From an uncultured Chloroflexia bacterium (GTDB taxonomy: Bacteria > Chloroflexota > Anaerolineae > JAAYZQ01), in contig CAVOXA010000010.1 of the NCBI GenBank assembly GCA_963700285.1, forward strand, positions 1,632,001-1,696,000: a DNA stretch of 64,000 nt, given 5' to 3'. The first letter of the stretch is position 1. Each line of letters opens with the position of its first letter. Of this stretch, positions 1 through 11,117 are shown piece after piece. A model generated the notes under the pieces. The model was not told where the DNA came from, searched no databases, and saw only the letters and a program-made list of their open reading frames with translations. The position numbers and the translations under genes are program-made.

Positions 1-255
1 TTCCACAAGAGGGGCGCCGATGGCAACTTTGATCAGGTTGGCTGCCAAGCCTTCCGTACCAAGGGTGGCAAAGACTGGGGAAACGAGTTGTTCAACAGCG
101 ATGGAGAGAAATGCTGCTGGGCCTGCTCCCCAAATGAAAGCCAACGCCAGGAGCCAGAGAGGTTCCTTCTCGTATCGGTCAAGCCACCAGATAAAAAGAA
201 CGTATATGGCCGTGGGGATCAGCGCCCCCAGGATTGCCACCACAAGGATAGGCAT
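1..255 (-). CDS. prsW: PrsW-family intramembrane metalloprotease (N-terminal part, runs off window start)
   Basis: Manual translation of the minus strand from ATG at 255: MPILVVAILGALIPTAIYVLFIWWLDRYEKEPLWLLALAFIWGAG...IGAPLVE. The DRYEKEP and AP(L)VE(E) motifs are typical of PrsW. Absent from the ORF track because it is open-ended. Confidence 0.85.
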   Translation of the reverse strand, partial: MPILVVAILGALIPTAIYVLFIWWLDRYEKEPLWLLALAFIWGAGPAAFLSIAVEQLVSPVFATLGTEGLAANLIKVAIGAPLVE

Positions 256-460
256 CTGCCAATTGGCCTCCCTGGCCTGATTATAGCATGGAACGCCTGG
301 CCCTACAATGGCAGACTACCCGAGGCCCAGGGCAATTGCATCTAAACCCGTCATTGCGAGGGAACCGAAGGAATCTCCCCTTGAAACCGTAGAGATCGTC
401 GATTAAGGTTTAGGTACTCAAGTCAACCGCTTCTGGCGCTGGGTTCGCAGTGTTGCTTAC

Positions 461-527
461 TTGACATCTGCCTCAGGGTATGCTATCCTCGCACAGCATA
501 CCCCGCAGGGGTATGCTGTGCGAGGAT
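461..527 (+). promoter_or_regulatory. Sigma70-type promoter overlapped by a 20-bp perfect inverted repeat with a CsoR/RicR-like core
   Basis: TTGACA(461-466)-N17-TATCCT(484-489) with an upstream TG. ATCCTCGCACAGCATACCCC-gca-GGGGTATGCTGTGCGAGGAT (485-527). The core ATACCCCnnnGGGGTAT resembles CsoR-family operators. Confidence 0.7.
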
Positions 528-565
528 GGTTTGTACTTCCCAGCGAACCAGATGGAGGGATCCAA

Positions 566-817
566 ATGCCATTCATGCAGTCCACAAAGGCGCAGGTGAC
601 AGCCATACCACATGTGGTGGACGAGCGCTGTCAGGCATGTCGCCGGTGCGTGGCGCGCAAGGTATGCCGGACGAAAGCGATCCTGCAGATCGATCCAGAC
701 GAACCCCCCTTCATTGATGCCAGTCTATGCTATGGCTGCCACGCTTGCATTCCAGCTTGTCCCAATGGAGCCATTGTATTGGATGGGCATGAGCCCAAGA
801 TCCCAGTGGTTGGCTAG
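566..817 (+). CDS. Small 4Fe-4S dicluster ferredoxin-like protein
   Basis: CQACRRCVARKVC and CYGCHACIPACP motifs; GGAGG RBS upstream of ATG 566. Confidence 0.85.
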   Translation: MPFMQSTKAQVTAIPHVVDERCQACRRCVARKVCRTKAILQIDPDEPPFIDASLCYGCHACIPACPNGAIVLDGHEPKIPVVG

Positions 818-990
818 CCAATGCTCTTTCTCACTCTTTAGAGCAATTCCTACTGCCCAGCGGCTGTGACAGGCAGCCAATATCACATTGGACGCGATAG
901 CCCCCGGAAACAAGGCTGGCGCCTGCCAAGCCAGGGATTTCGCGGCGAGTAGCGCAACCCAGATAAATTGAATACACAACCCAGAGCAAG

Positions 991-1032
991 ACAGCGGCGT
1001 ACCCTCTTTTTGAGGTACGTCACTGTTTTTTT
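991..1032 (+). terminator. Intrinsic terminator
   Basis: Imperfect stem ACAGCGGCGTACCCTC / GAGGTACGTCACTGT followed by a T run. Confidence 0.65.
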
Positions 1033-1104
1033 GTAGCGAGATTCCTCTCAGTCTAGGATATTAGATATTAGCAGGCCAGCCAATCTGAGATAGGAGGAAT
1101 CTCA

Positions 1105-2190
1105 CTGGCAACCCACGTCTACGTGGCTTCGGCCAAGGGGCAGGTGCCCTTTCACCCGGTGAGTATGTACTTGTTGAGCCTCTATCGGCGGGAACGGAGC
1201 CTGCCCAGTCACGAGGTGCGGCGCAGGGTCCGGCACCTGGAGGACAGCCGGACCCTGCGCCGCTGTGCAGGGTTTGAGGCTGACTTTCCCTGTGAATCAG
1301 GCTTGCGCTACTTCGAGGGGCAGTTGATGCCCGAACTGCAGCAGGAAACCAACGCCCTCCAGCTGGACGCCCTCTACCAGGCTGGCCTGCTACCCATCAA
1401 AGCCGATGTGGACAAGAAGACGAGAGCGACGCTCTCTTTCGACGGCATGCTGCACCAAGCCCGTTCACGTCTGCGCTGCTCGAGCGTCAAAACAGGCTGC
1501 TACAAACCGGCGCCCCGTCCTTGTCCAGCCAAAGAGAAGGGCAAGCAGGGATGTGAGTGCAGCGACGAGGAGCATGCTGCCATCTGTCGACACGCAACGT
1601 CCCTGGACCCCCAGGCACGCTTCATCGTCTACACCAGCGACAACAAGCGAGCCCAGACTCCAGAGGCGCTCCCCCTGGCTCAAGATCGGAAAAGTCCTGG
1701 CTGATGCCGGGGCTTGCGAGCAGACCTGCCTCGACGCCATCTGGGCTGCTGGCGCGCTGTGCATGGTCGATATCTGTACCCACAGGTCTGACAATGACCC
1801 CGATACCCGGCTGACGCGCGGATATGACCAGCAAGGACATCCCCTCGACGACGATCCTCTCCCCTAGGGCGGCGACCAAGGTCATCAACGCCCGCATAGC
1901 CAGCGACCAGGTGACGTTGGAAGCCTGTGTCCAGCCCGCGGACAACGTACAAAGCCTGAGCTGCATCATTTTGCCCCGGCCCAGAACCGCACCTACAGCG
2001 ACGCCATGCTGGCCCAGGACGGCGACGAATGCCAGATCCGTCTCCGGTACCGTCGTCACCAGCCAGCCCCAGCACCTTTGACAACTGGGGCACCAACCAG
2101 TAGCTGTCTCTGGCCAACGGGGAAAGCAACGACCGCGAGTGGCTGGGCGACCTGCACCTGGTGGCCATTGATCATTCGGGATCCCCTAGG
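1105..2190 (+). pseudogene. Degenerate transposase (DUF772-like N-terminus, fragments in several frames)
   Basis: KGQVPFHPVSMYLL...RRCAGF...PCESGLRYF...LSFDGML resembles the IS4/IS5/IS1182-type N-terminus plus first catalytic Asp. Downstream fragments such as TRGYDQQGHPL continue in other frames with stops. Confidence 0.6.
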
Positions 2191-2391
2191 ATAAGCCCTT
2201 CGAGTGCCCTCAGTTCGGAAGTGGTCCAGAAGTATGACGCCGAGATTCAGGCGTTGGTGGCCCGGCCTGGCCTTCTGCCGGACGCGCTCTGCCGCGCCCA
2301 AGACCGGATCGGTAAGGACGGATCTAGCCAGGACCATTGGCTGGCGCCGGTGGGGCAGGGCGACCAAATAGAAGCCTCCAGCACTGGGATC

Positions 2392-2420
2392 TTGCCAAAT
2401 CGACCGGCTCGTGGTAGGAT
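2392..2420 (+). promoter_or_regulatory. Putative sigma70 promoter of the SLC13 permease
   Basis: TTGCCA-N17-TAGGAT with an extended -10 TG. Confidence 0.45.
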
Positions 2421-2441
2421 TGCTGGCGGAGGAAGACGATC

Positions 2442-4256
2442 TTGACCACTGACATAGCATTGATGCTGGCCATCCTGGCCATTTCGATCCTGCTCTTCAT
2501 CACTGACTGGCTCCGTGTAGATGTCGTCGCGCTTTTGGTGCTGTTGGCCCTGATCTTGACTGGCCTCATCACCCCGGAAGAAGCATTCAGGGGGTTTAGC
2601 AGTCCTGCAGTCATCACCGTATGGGCCATTTTCATCGTCAGCGGAGGCCTGTTCTATACCGGCGTGGCCAATCTTTTGGGCGACCGGCTGCTTAAGGTGG
2701 CCGGCACCAGTGCCCGCCGCCTGGTGGGTGTACTGATGACAGCCGTGGGTCTGATGTCTGGGGTCATGAACAACGTGGGGGCTACGGCAGTCATGATGCC
2801 GGCCACCGTGGCCATGGCTCGCAAAACCCAGATCAGTGCCTCCAAGCTCTTGATTCCCCTCGCCTTTGGTTCACTGTTGGGCGGCATGCTAACCCTCATC
2901 GGCACCCCGCCCAACATTCTGGTCAGTGATGCCCTACGGATGGCTGGGTATGAGCCCTTTACACTGCTCGCGTTTGCACCTGTGGGTCTAGCTGCCCTCG
3001 TACTGGGCGTAGTTTATATGGCAACCGTGGGCATGCGGATTCTACCTGACCGAACGCCATCGGAGTTGCTGGCCAAGGCAGCAGGCCCTGATGCGGATCT
3101 GATTGACCTTTACCGGTTGGGCGAGCGCCTGTTCAGGGCGCGCATCCCTGCCGGTTCCCCACTCATTGGCCAGCGTCTGGCCCAAAGCGGCTTGCGAGAG
3201 GATTTTGATCTATCGGTCATCGCCATGGAGCGATGGGGCGGGACACGCCTTGTACCCGACAAAGATACTACTTTGCGCCGGGGTGATGTCCTGTTGATCG
3301 AGGGTATGAGCGACAACGTAGTATGGGCAGGGCAGACAGGGCGCCTGGATGTCCAGCCTGAGGTCGGTGTGCATGACAAAGAGCTACAATCAGAGGTAAT
3401 CGGCATCGCTGAGGTGCTCCTGTCCCCTCACTCCAACCAGGCGGGCAAGACGCTGGCCGAGATTCAGTTCCGCGAAAAGTACCACCTGACCGTCTTGGCT
3501 GTCCTGCGCGACGGCCGCCCGCAACGTACGAGCCTGGTGGATCTGCCGCTGCGTTTTGGCGATACGCTGCTGGTGCAGGGTCCAAGGCACAACTTCCGTA
3601 TCCTTGCGCGTGAGGCTGACTATGTGGTTCTCGGCGACGTTGAGAGTGCTCCCCCTCTGCGTACCCAGAAGGCGCCGGTGGCGATAGGGATCCTGGCAGT
3701 TATGCTCGTGCCTGTCGTGGCTGGTTGGCTGCCCATCACGGCCGCGGCACTGCTGGCCGGCGTGCTCATGGTCCTCACTGGCTGCCTGACTATGGATGAG
3801 GCCTACCAATCCATCGAATGGAAAGCGGTTTTTCTGGTGGCTGGTACACTTCCCCTGGGCATTGCCATGGAGAAAACGGGGACAGCAGACTTGTTGGCAT
3901 CGTTGATGGTCAATGCCGTGGGCGGACTCGGGCCCCTGGCACTGCTGGCCGGGTTCTACATCTTGACCAATCTACTGACCCAGTTCATGTCCAACGCTGC
4001 TAGTACTGTCCTCATCGCACCCATTGCCATAGAGTCCGCTCTTAGGATTGGCAGCGAGCCCTATGCCCTGCTGATGGCAGTTGCTGTGGGAGCGTCGGCG
4101 GGCTTTCTCACGCCAGTGGCCCACCAATCCAATGTGCTGGTGATGGGACCAGGTGGGTACCGCTTTGGTGACTATTTCAAGGCAGGTCTCCCCTTGGACG
4201 TGCTGACTCTGATCATCGTACTGGTGGTCGTGCCTTTGGTGTGGCCCTGGCCGTAG
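2442..4256 (+). CDS. SLC13/CitMHS-family permease with two central TrkA-C (RCK_C) domains
   Basis: Hydrophobic N- and C-halves with GGMLTLIGTPPN and FLTPVAHQSN motifs; central SPLIGQRL and GKTLAEIQFR...LRFGDTLLV RCK_C repeats. Confidence 0.92.
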   Translation: MTTDIALMLAILAISILLFITDWLRVDVVALLVLLALILTGLITPEEAFRGFSSPAVITVWAIFIVSGGLFYTGVANLLGDRLLKVAGTSARRLVGVLMTAVGLMSGVMNNVGATAVMMPATVAMARKTQISASKLLIPLAFGSLLGGMLTLIGTPPNILVSDALRMAGYEPFTLLAFAPVGLAALVLGVVYMATVGMRILPDRTPSELLAKAAGPDADLIDLYRLGERLFRARIPAGSPLIGQRLAQSGLREDFDLSVIAMERWGGTRLVPDKDTTLRRGDVLLIEGMSDNVVWAGQTGRLDVQPEVGVHDKELQSEVIGIAEVLLSPHSNQAGKTLAEIQFREKYHLTVLAVLRDGRPQRTSLVDLPLRFGDTLLVQGPRHNFRILAREADYVVLGDVESAPPLRTQKAPVAIGILAVMLVPVVAGWLPITAAALLAGVLMVLTGCLTMDEAYQSIEWKAVFLVAGTLPLGIAMEKTGTADLLASLMVNAVGGLGPLALLAGFYILTNLLTQFMSNAASTVLIAPIAIESALRIGSEPYALLMAVAVGASAGFLTPVAHQSNVLVMGPGGYRFGDYFKAGLPLDVLTLIIVLVVVPLVWPWP

Positions 4257-4399
4257 GTCCGGCCAACGGACAGACACCGGAGGGTTTCGCCAGGCAAGGC
4301 TTCTCATGCCTGCGCACATCTCTGTCCTTCGTACTGTCCACTTGAGCACCATATCCCCCACCATCAGGTTCCTGCCATGATCCACAGACCTTCTAGAAT

Positions 4400-4464
4400 T
4401 TGCGTTATATTCTGGATTGCGGTATACTACCCTCGCGTTAGCACTCATCCAGATGGAGTGCTAA
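4400..4464 (+). promoter_or_regulatory. Promoter plus CIRCE element (HrcA operator)
   Basis: Exact TTAGCACTC-N9-GAGTGCTAA at 4438-4464; TTGCGT(4400)-N17-TATACT(4423); directly upstream of groES. Confidence 0.97.
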
Positions 4465-4509
4465 CGCGCTCACTGCGTCAAACACACAATATTCTAGGAG
4501 GAAGGCGAA

Positions 4510-6473
<1,964 letters not shown>

Positions 6474-6525
6474 AGTCAAATACAACCAGTCGCCAGGCAG
6501 CTGGTTGTGCCGTGCTGGTAGATTT

Positions 6526-6553
6526 AGCAGCCCCTCCGTCTGGAGGGGCTGCT
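6526..6553 (+). terminator. Hairpin downstream of groEL
   Basis: AGCAGCCCCTCC-gtct-GGAGGGGCTGCT, a 12-bp perfect stem with no long U tract. Confidence 0.6.
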
Positions 6554-6678
6554 GGTGCGTATGTACCAGCAGTTGAGAACGATGGGTGCACAGGGTTCAT
6601 CTGCCGGTACGGGACAGTTTCCTCTATCATGAAAAGCTTGAGCATAGAAGAATGACTTATCTGGAAGCTCGCAGTTTT

Positions 6679-6707
6679 TTGCGATAGCCCGGTAGATGTG
6701 GTATAAT
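6679..6707 (+). promoter_or_regulatory. Putative promoter of the LCP gene
   Basis: TTGCGA-N17-TATAAT with an extended -10 TG. Confidence 0.55.
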
Positions 6708-6781
6708 CGCACCTGCCTGCCCTGACTGAGCCCGGTCATGGCCCGAAACCGGGTTTCAGCGACCCTTGTGAGGTGGTTTGA

Positions 6782-8317
6782 TTGAGCAACAAGGAACCGC
6801 ATAGTCAGAATCAAACCAGGAGGCAAAGTGGCCCTCCTGTGTGGGCGCGTGCGCTCATTGGTCTTTTCCTGGTTTTGTTCTTCCTCGGTGGACTCCTCGC
6901 CGGCTACCTCTTTTACGTCACGGTCCGGGAGTTTGTGGCTCACACCGAACTACCGGCGCTGCCCGTCATCCGGATGCCATCGATCAGCCTGCCCGAGGCT
7001 GTGGCTGATGTGGAGAACCCCCTGGAGCCGCTGCCCCAGATGCCAGAGATGACGCCGATTGCTGGTTCGGGGGAAATCGTCTACTCGGCTCCCCCTCCAG
7101 CCAATCCGGCTCCGGTCGGTGAGCGAATCAATATCCTTTTGGTGGGAATCGATCGACGTGGGGGAACAGGCTGGGGCTATCGCACTGATACAATCATCAT
7201 CCTGACTATCGATCCGGTCAACAAGACAGCCGGGATGCTTTCTATACCCCGCGATCTTCAACTGTCGATCCCGGAAAATGGAGACAACCGGATCAACACC
7301 GCCAACGTTTGGGGCTACGAGTACGACTACCCGGGAGGCGGTCCGGCTCTTCTGAAACGGACGATCGAATCCAACTTTGGTATTCCTATCGACTATTATG
7401 TCATGGTTGACTTTGAGGCATTCGTCGAGATCGTTGATACCCTCGGGGGCATCGACGTAAACGTGCCTACCGTACTGCATGATACCATGTATCCTGATCC
7501 GAGGCCTGGCGATCAGTACGCCTTCAAGACGATCCACTTTGATCCTGGTTGGCAGCATATGAATGGCGAGCGTGCCCTCAAGTATGCTCGCTCGCGCATG
7601 AGCACCAGTGACTTTGACCGGGCCAAGCGCCAGCAGATGCTCCTCGTCGCCATCCGTGACAAAGCTCTGAATCTGAATCTGCTGCCCAAGCTGCCGACCC
7701 TGGCTGCAACTTTGGCCAGCAACGTCAAAACTGATATGACGATGGAAGAGATGGCCGAACTGGCGCCTCTGGCGCCGCAGATTGACAGGGCCAACATCAA
7801 GCAAGCGGTCCTGGAGAAGCCACTGGTGTATGCGTTCCGTCGCGAGGACGGCGCCGCGGTGCAATTGCCCAAGTGGGACTTGATCAATCCTGTGATTGCC
7901 GATCTGTTTGCAGCGCCGCAGGAACTTTCGGTAGAACCGACACCAACGCCAGCGCCTACAGCCCCGCCCATACCGACGCCTACACTGGCGCCTGTCGAGA
8001 TCAAAGACCTGAAGGAGTTGGCTAGCGAGGGCGCGCGTATCGCTGTACAGAACGGGACATCGCAGCCCAACTTTGCGGCGCGCGTGGCGACCATGCTAAT
8101 GGAAGAGGGCTACCAGGTGGTTGAATTCGGCGATGCCGGCCGCCTGGACTATCCGGTGACAGTCATAGTGGACTATACCGGCAAAGCCTATACCTTGGAA
8201 CGCTTGATGGAGCTGTTTCAGCCGGCACCGGAGAACGTACGCCGCAGCCCGAACCTCCGCAGCGAGATCGACATCCGAGTCATTGTGGGGCAGGATTTCT
8301 TCCTGTCGCAGCAATAG
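6782..8317 (+). CDS. LCP (LytR-CpsA-Psr) family protein with C-terminal LytR_C domain
   Basis: N-terminal TM; NILLVGIDRR...RTDTIII...LSIPRD...YARSR..TSDFDRAKRQQ; Pro/Thr linker; IAVQNGT...DIRVIVGQD. Confidence 0.93.
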   Translation: MSNKEPHSQNQTRRQSGPPVWARALIGLFLVLFFLGGLLAGYLFYVTVREFVAHTELPALPVIRMPSISLPEAVADVENPLEPLPQMPEMTPIAGSGEIVYSAPPPANPAPVGERINILLVGIDRRGGTGWGYRTDTIIILTIDPVNKTAGMLSIPRDLQLSIPENGDNRINTANVWGYEYDYPGGGPALLKRTIESNFGIPIDYYVMVDFEAFVEIVDTLGGIDVNVPTVLHDTMYPDPRPGDQYAFKTIHFDPGWQHMNGERALKYARSRMSTSDFDRAKRQQMLLVAIRDKALNLNLLPKLPTLAATLASNVKTDMTMEEMAELAPLAPQIDRANIKQAVLEKPLVYAFRREDGAAVQLPKWDLINPVIADLFAAPQELSVEPTPTPAPTAPPIPTPTLAPVEIKDLKELASEGARIAVQNGTSQPNFAARVATMLMEEGYQVVEFGDAGRLDYPVTVIVDYTGKAYTLERLMELFQPAPENVRRSPNLRSEIDIRVIVGQDFFLSQQ

Positions 8318-8492
8318 ATACAGGCCATCGGCAGCCCGTGACGATTCGCCTATTGGCTCTACCCTTGATGCAGTGTAGTACCTGATTGCCGGGCCCAACA
8401 GCAACGTGGGACTCCCCGGCTTCCGTGGCAAGGTCTTTGCCGGACCGTGCGTGCGCGGTTTTGCGAGGATCTTTTTTTTCCTGGGGGAAGCA

Positions 8493-9374
8493 TTGAAGCG
8501 TTACCGAGAAAACTATCGTCAGAGCGAGGCCAACAGTGACCCGAGTGAGGCAGTTGGGTTGATGCCCTGGAAAATCTGGCGTTTGAGTGACAGAGGAAAC
8601 GAACAGGTCGACGGCAACATTGTGACCGAGGAACCCCTTGAGATCCGCGTGGACAACCGGTCTGTCGCAGTACTGATGCGCACGCCGGGCAGAGAAAAGG
8701 AACTTGCTGCTGGTTTTGTGCTGGGTGAGGGACTGGTGACTGACCTTATGGACATTGCTCTCGTTCGCCATTGCGGACGGGCAGTGCCCACCGAAAGCTC
8801 TGAGGGTGATTCCCTGGACGAATCACGCAATCTGGTGGATGTGACCCTGATCCCTGGGGCTGCCAGCCCAAGCGAACTCTCTGACGTCGTTCAACTGATC
8901 CGTTCTGGATGCGGCCGGAGTGGGGTAGGCGCGTTGGTAGAGGACCTGGCCCCGGTTGATGCCGGCAGCAAGATACGGGTTGAGGTGCTGCAGAGGCTGC
9001 TGGGGCAGATCACACGCCAGCAGACGGCATACCGCGCGGCAGGAGGCATTCATGCGGCCGCGGTATTCGACACCAATGGCCGGTGCGTTGTCGTGAGCGA
9101 AGACATCGGCAGGCACAATGCCGTGGATAAAGCGGTGGGCCATTGCCTATTGCGGGGCATCCCTCTGAAGGACAAATTGCTGATAAGTACCGGTCGAGCC
9201 AGCTACGACATGGTAGCCAAAGGGGTACGGCTCGGAGTGCCAATCATCGCATCAATCTCTTCGCCAACTTCGCTCTCCGTTGAGTTGGCCGATGCGCTGA
9301 ATTGCACATTACTGGGTTACCTGCGGGGCAAGACGCTCAATGTCTACACGCATGGATGGCGAGTCGTAACCTAG
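8493..9374 (+). CDS. fdhD: Formate dehydrogenase accessory sulfurtransferase FdhD (start uncertain; ORF open from 8406)
   Basis: EEPLEIRV...MRTPGREKELAAGF...SGCG...GGIHAAA...EDIGRHNAVDK...ISSPTSL. Confidence 0.92.
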   Translation: MKRYRENYRQSEANSDPSEAVGLMPWKIWRLSDRGNEQVDGNIVTEEPLEIRVDNRSVAVLMRTPGREKELAAGFVLGEGLVTDLMDIALVRHCGRAVPTESSEGDSLDESRNLVDVTLIPGAASPSELSDVVQLIRSGCGRSGVGALVEDLAPVDAGSKIRVEVLQRLLGQITRQQTAYRAAGGIHAAAVFDTNGRCVVVSEDIGRHNAVDKAVGHCLLRGIPLKDKLLISTGRASYDMVAKGVRLGVPIIASISSPTSLSVELADALNCTLLGYLRGKTLNVYTHGWRVVT

Positions 9375-9673
9375 CGGTAAGACGCTGCGAACTGGCCTGC
9401 CTCTAGCAAAGAATGGCGGTTACGCCAGGATCGCGCTGCCAACGTCACACCCGCGTTCGCCTGCTCTCCTCGTAACCCAATCTGCAGCACCTATGCGGTG
9501 CCAAGATCTAGCGCAATGTCAGATATTGGGGTGTCGCGTGCTGGTGCCCGCTGATACCCGCGCTGTACGAGTTCCAGGCAGAGTGGGCTTGGCCAGCAGG
9601 TGGATGGCCGGTGGTGTGTCCTCCGAGATACTTGTTGTCGATAAGGCACTTGCCTTTGACTCGGGCGTGTTAG

Positions 9674-10351
9674 TCAGGTTAGGCCGTTCTCTGTGTCTCC
9701 GCTGCGCAGATTCAGGACCAGGATGTAGACGCTGATGATCAGCACCCAACCAGGAAAGACCAACGTCACCCATAGGCTGAAGCCGATGCTCACCAATAGA
9801 ACCAGTGCCAGCCCATAGGTCAGCAAAGCCAGCCAGCGCGGCATGGCATGGGTGCGGACCCAGATGGTGCCCAGCGAGATCATGAACACGCCCGCCATGC
9901 GGATGGCATAGACATTGCTAATCCGCCACATCAACGCCCGGCCGAAGGTGTACATGCCGCTGTCGATAAGTTGATCCGGTATGATGGCATGGCTGCTTAG
10001 CAGACTGCCGGCCAGTGCCGCCGAGACAAATATCATGGCTAGATACAGCAAGCCGCTGCCAAAGAAGACACTCGAAAAGAAGCGGTCCTCATGCTCCCCG
10101 ATACGGTCGCGGACCACGCCGATGAACCACAGAAAAGCAATGCCGGCAAAGGGCGCCAGGCTCAAGGCCAGGGCAACCGTGCTGCCCCGCTCCTCCAGCC
10201 ACCTGCCGCCATCTGCCGGGTCGGCCGGGATAGAGATCCGGATGAGGATGAGGGATGTGCCCAGCAGCAAGGCGAATAGTATGCCTGCTAGGGCCGCGGC
10301 TCGGGGCGTCCTGAGCCGCCGGTCGGTCAAATGAGGCACTTCGTCACTCAT
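9674..10351 (-). CDS. Hypothetical multi-pass membrane protein
   Basis: 225 aa ORF with about 6 hydrophobic segments; LRTPRAAALAG...PFAGIAFLWFIGVVRDRIG. Confidence 0.75.
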   Translation of the reverse strand: MSDEVPHLTDRRLRTPRAAALAGILFALLLGTSLILIRISIPADPADGGRWLEERGSTVALALSLAPFAGIAFLWFIGVVRDRIGEHEDRFFSSVFFGSGLLYLAMIFVSAALAGSLLSSHAIIPDQLIDSGMYTFGRALMWRISNVYAIRMAGVFMISLGTIWVRTHAMPRWLALLTYGLALVLLVSIGFSLWVTLVFPGWVLIISVYILVLNLRSGDTENGLT

Positions 10352-10404
10352 CGTCCATCTCCTATCTGAAAAGCTACCACAACCAGTTCGACTGGATTCT
10401 TCAT
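10348..10404 (-). pseudogene. Short N-terminal remnant resembling DUF1269 proteins
   Basis: GAGGAG RBS then MKNPVELVVVAFQ, which ends abruptly at the next gene's RBS. Confidence 0.35.
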
Positions 10405-10581
10405 AGATGCACCACTCCTCTCATATGCATGAAAACTCTTAGCGGAGATAGCCGGGAGTGCGATTCCGATTGCCATAGACACCGCCAGTGCCGGCACCAA
10501 TGTCAACCAACGGTGCAAGTCAGAGCCACGCCCGGTCAAAGCCCTGCACACCCAGCCCAGGACCCCAGACGATGAGATACA

Positions 10582-11025
10582 TCAGTTGGGCTCCAGGAAG
10601 GTCCGGCTACGCGGGCCATCCTCGATGTTGAGCGACATGGCCACATAGCCCCGCGCGGCCAGCTCACGCACCAGATGCTCAAAGCCGCGGTAATTGGGCT
10701 GTTCCACCTCAGGGTCGCATGGCCAGCGGTCCACGCCCATCTCGTCCGTAGGACAGCCTTGGTGGTTGCCGTGAAAGATCACGACAACGGGATATGGCCC
10801 GCCTTCTCCGGACGGCACGGCGATGCCGATGGAGAAGGCGAGCAAGAAGCCCAGCAGCCCCAGCAAGCCAGCCACCTCCGCGACCGGCATCGAGCCTTGC
10901 AGGAAGCGAGGATCACGGTGCTGGAGCCGAAGGCCCAGGCGGAAGCCGGTCTTGGTGACCAGTAGCACCAGACCTACTGTGAAGAGATAGATTGCCCAGA
11001 TCGGGAGTTGATCAAGGATGGACAT
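10582..11025 (-). pseudogene. Chimeric ORF: membrane protein N-terminus (DUF4239-like) fused to an alpha/beta-hydrolase fragment
   Basis: Two TM segments ending GLLGLLGFLLAFSIG, then AVPSGEGGPYPVVVIFHGNH...LAARGYVAMSLNI, truncated before any nucleophile motif. Confidence 0.55.
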
Positions 11026-11117
11026 TGCTCATACTCTCCTGCGCATCCATGCGCTTCGATGTGTCAAACACGACCTGGTCGTACCACCACAGCCGCTCGA
11101 AAAAGCCCCTGGCATGC

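Noticed and set aside
349-380. GTCATTGCGAGG...GAAGGAATCTC, and similarly 26081-26128, resembling degenerate REP-like elements
   Set aside because: Single eroded copies without a partner arm in this window; cannot be supported as features.
890-950. GCCCCCG...AAGCCAGG resembling parts of a cobalamin riboswitch
   Set aside because: Other core elements (GGGAA, GCCACTG, GAGACC) are missing and no B12-related gene follows.
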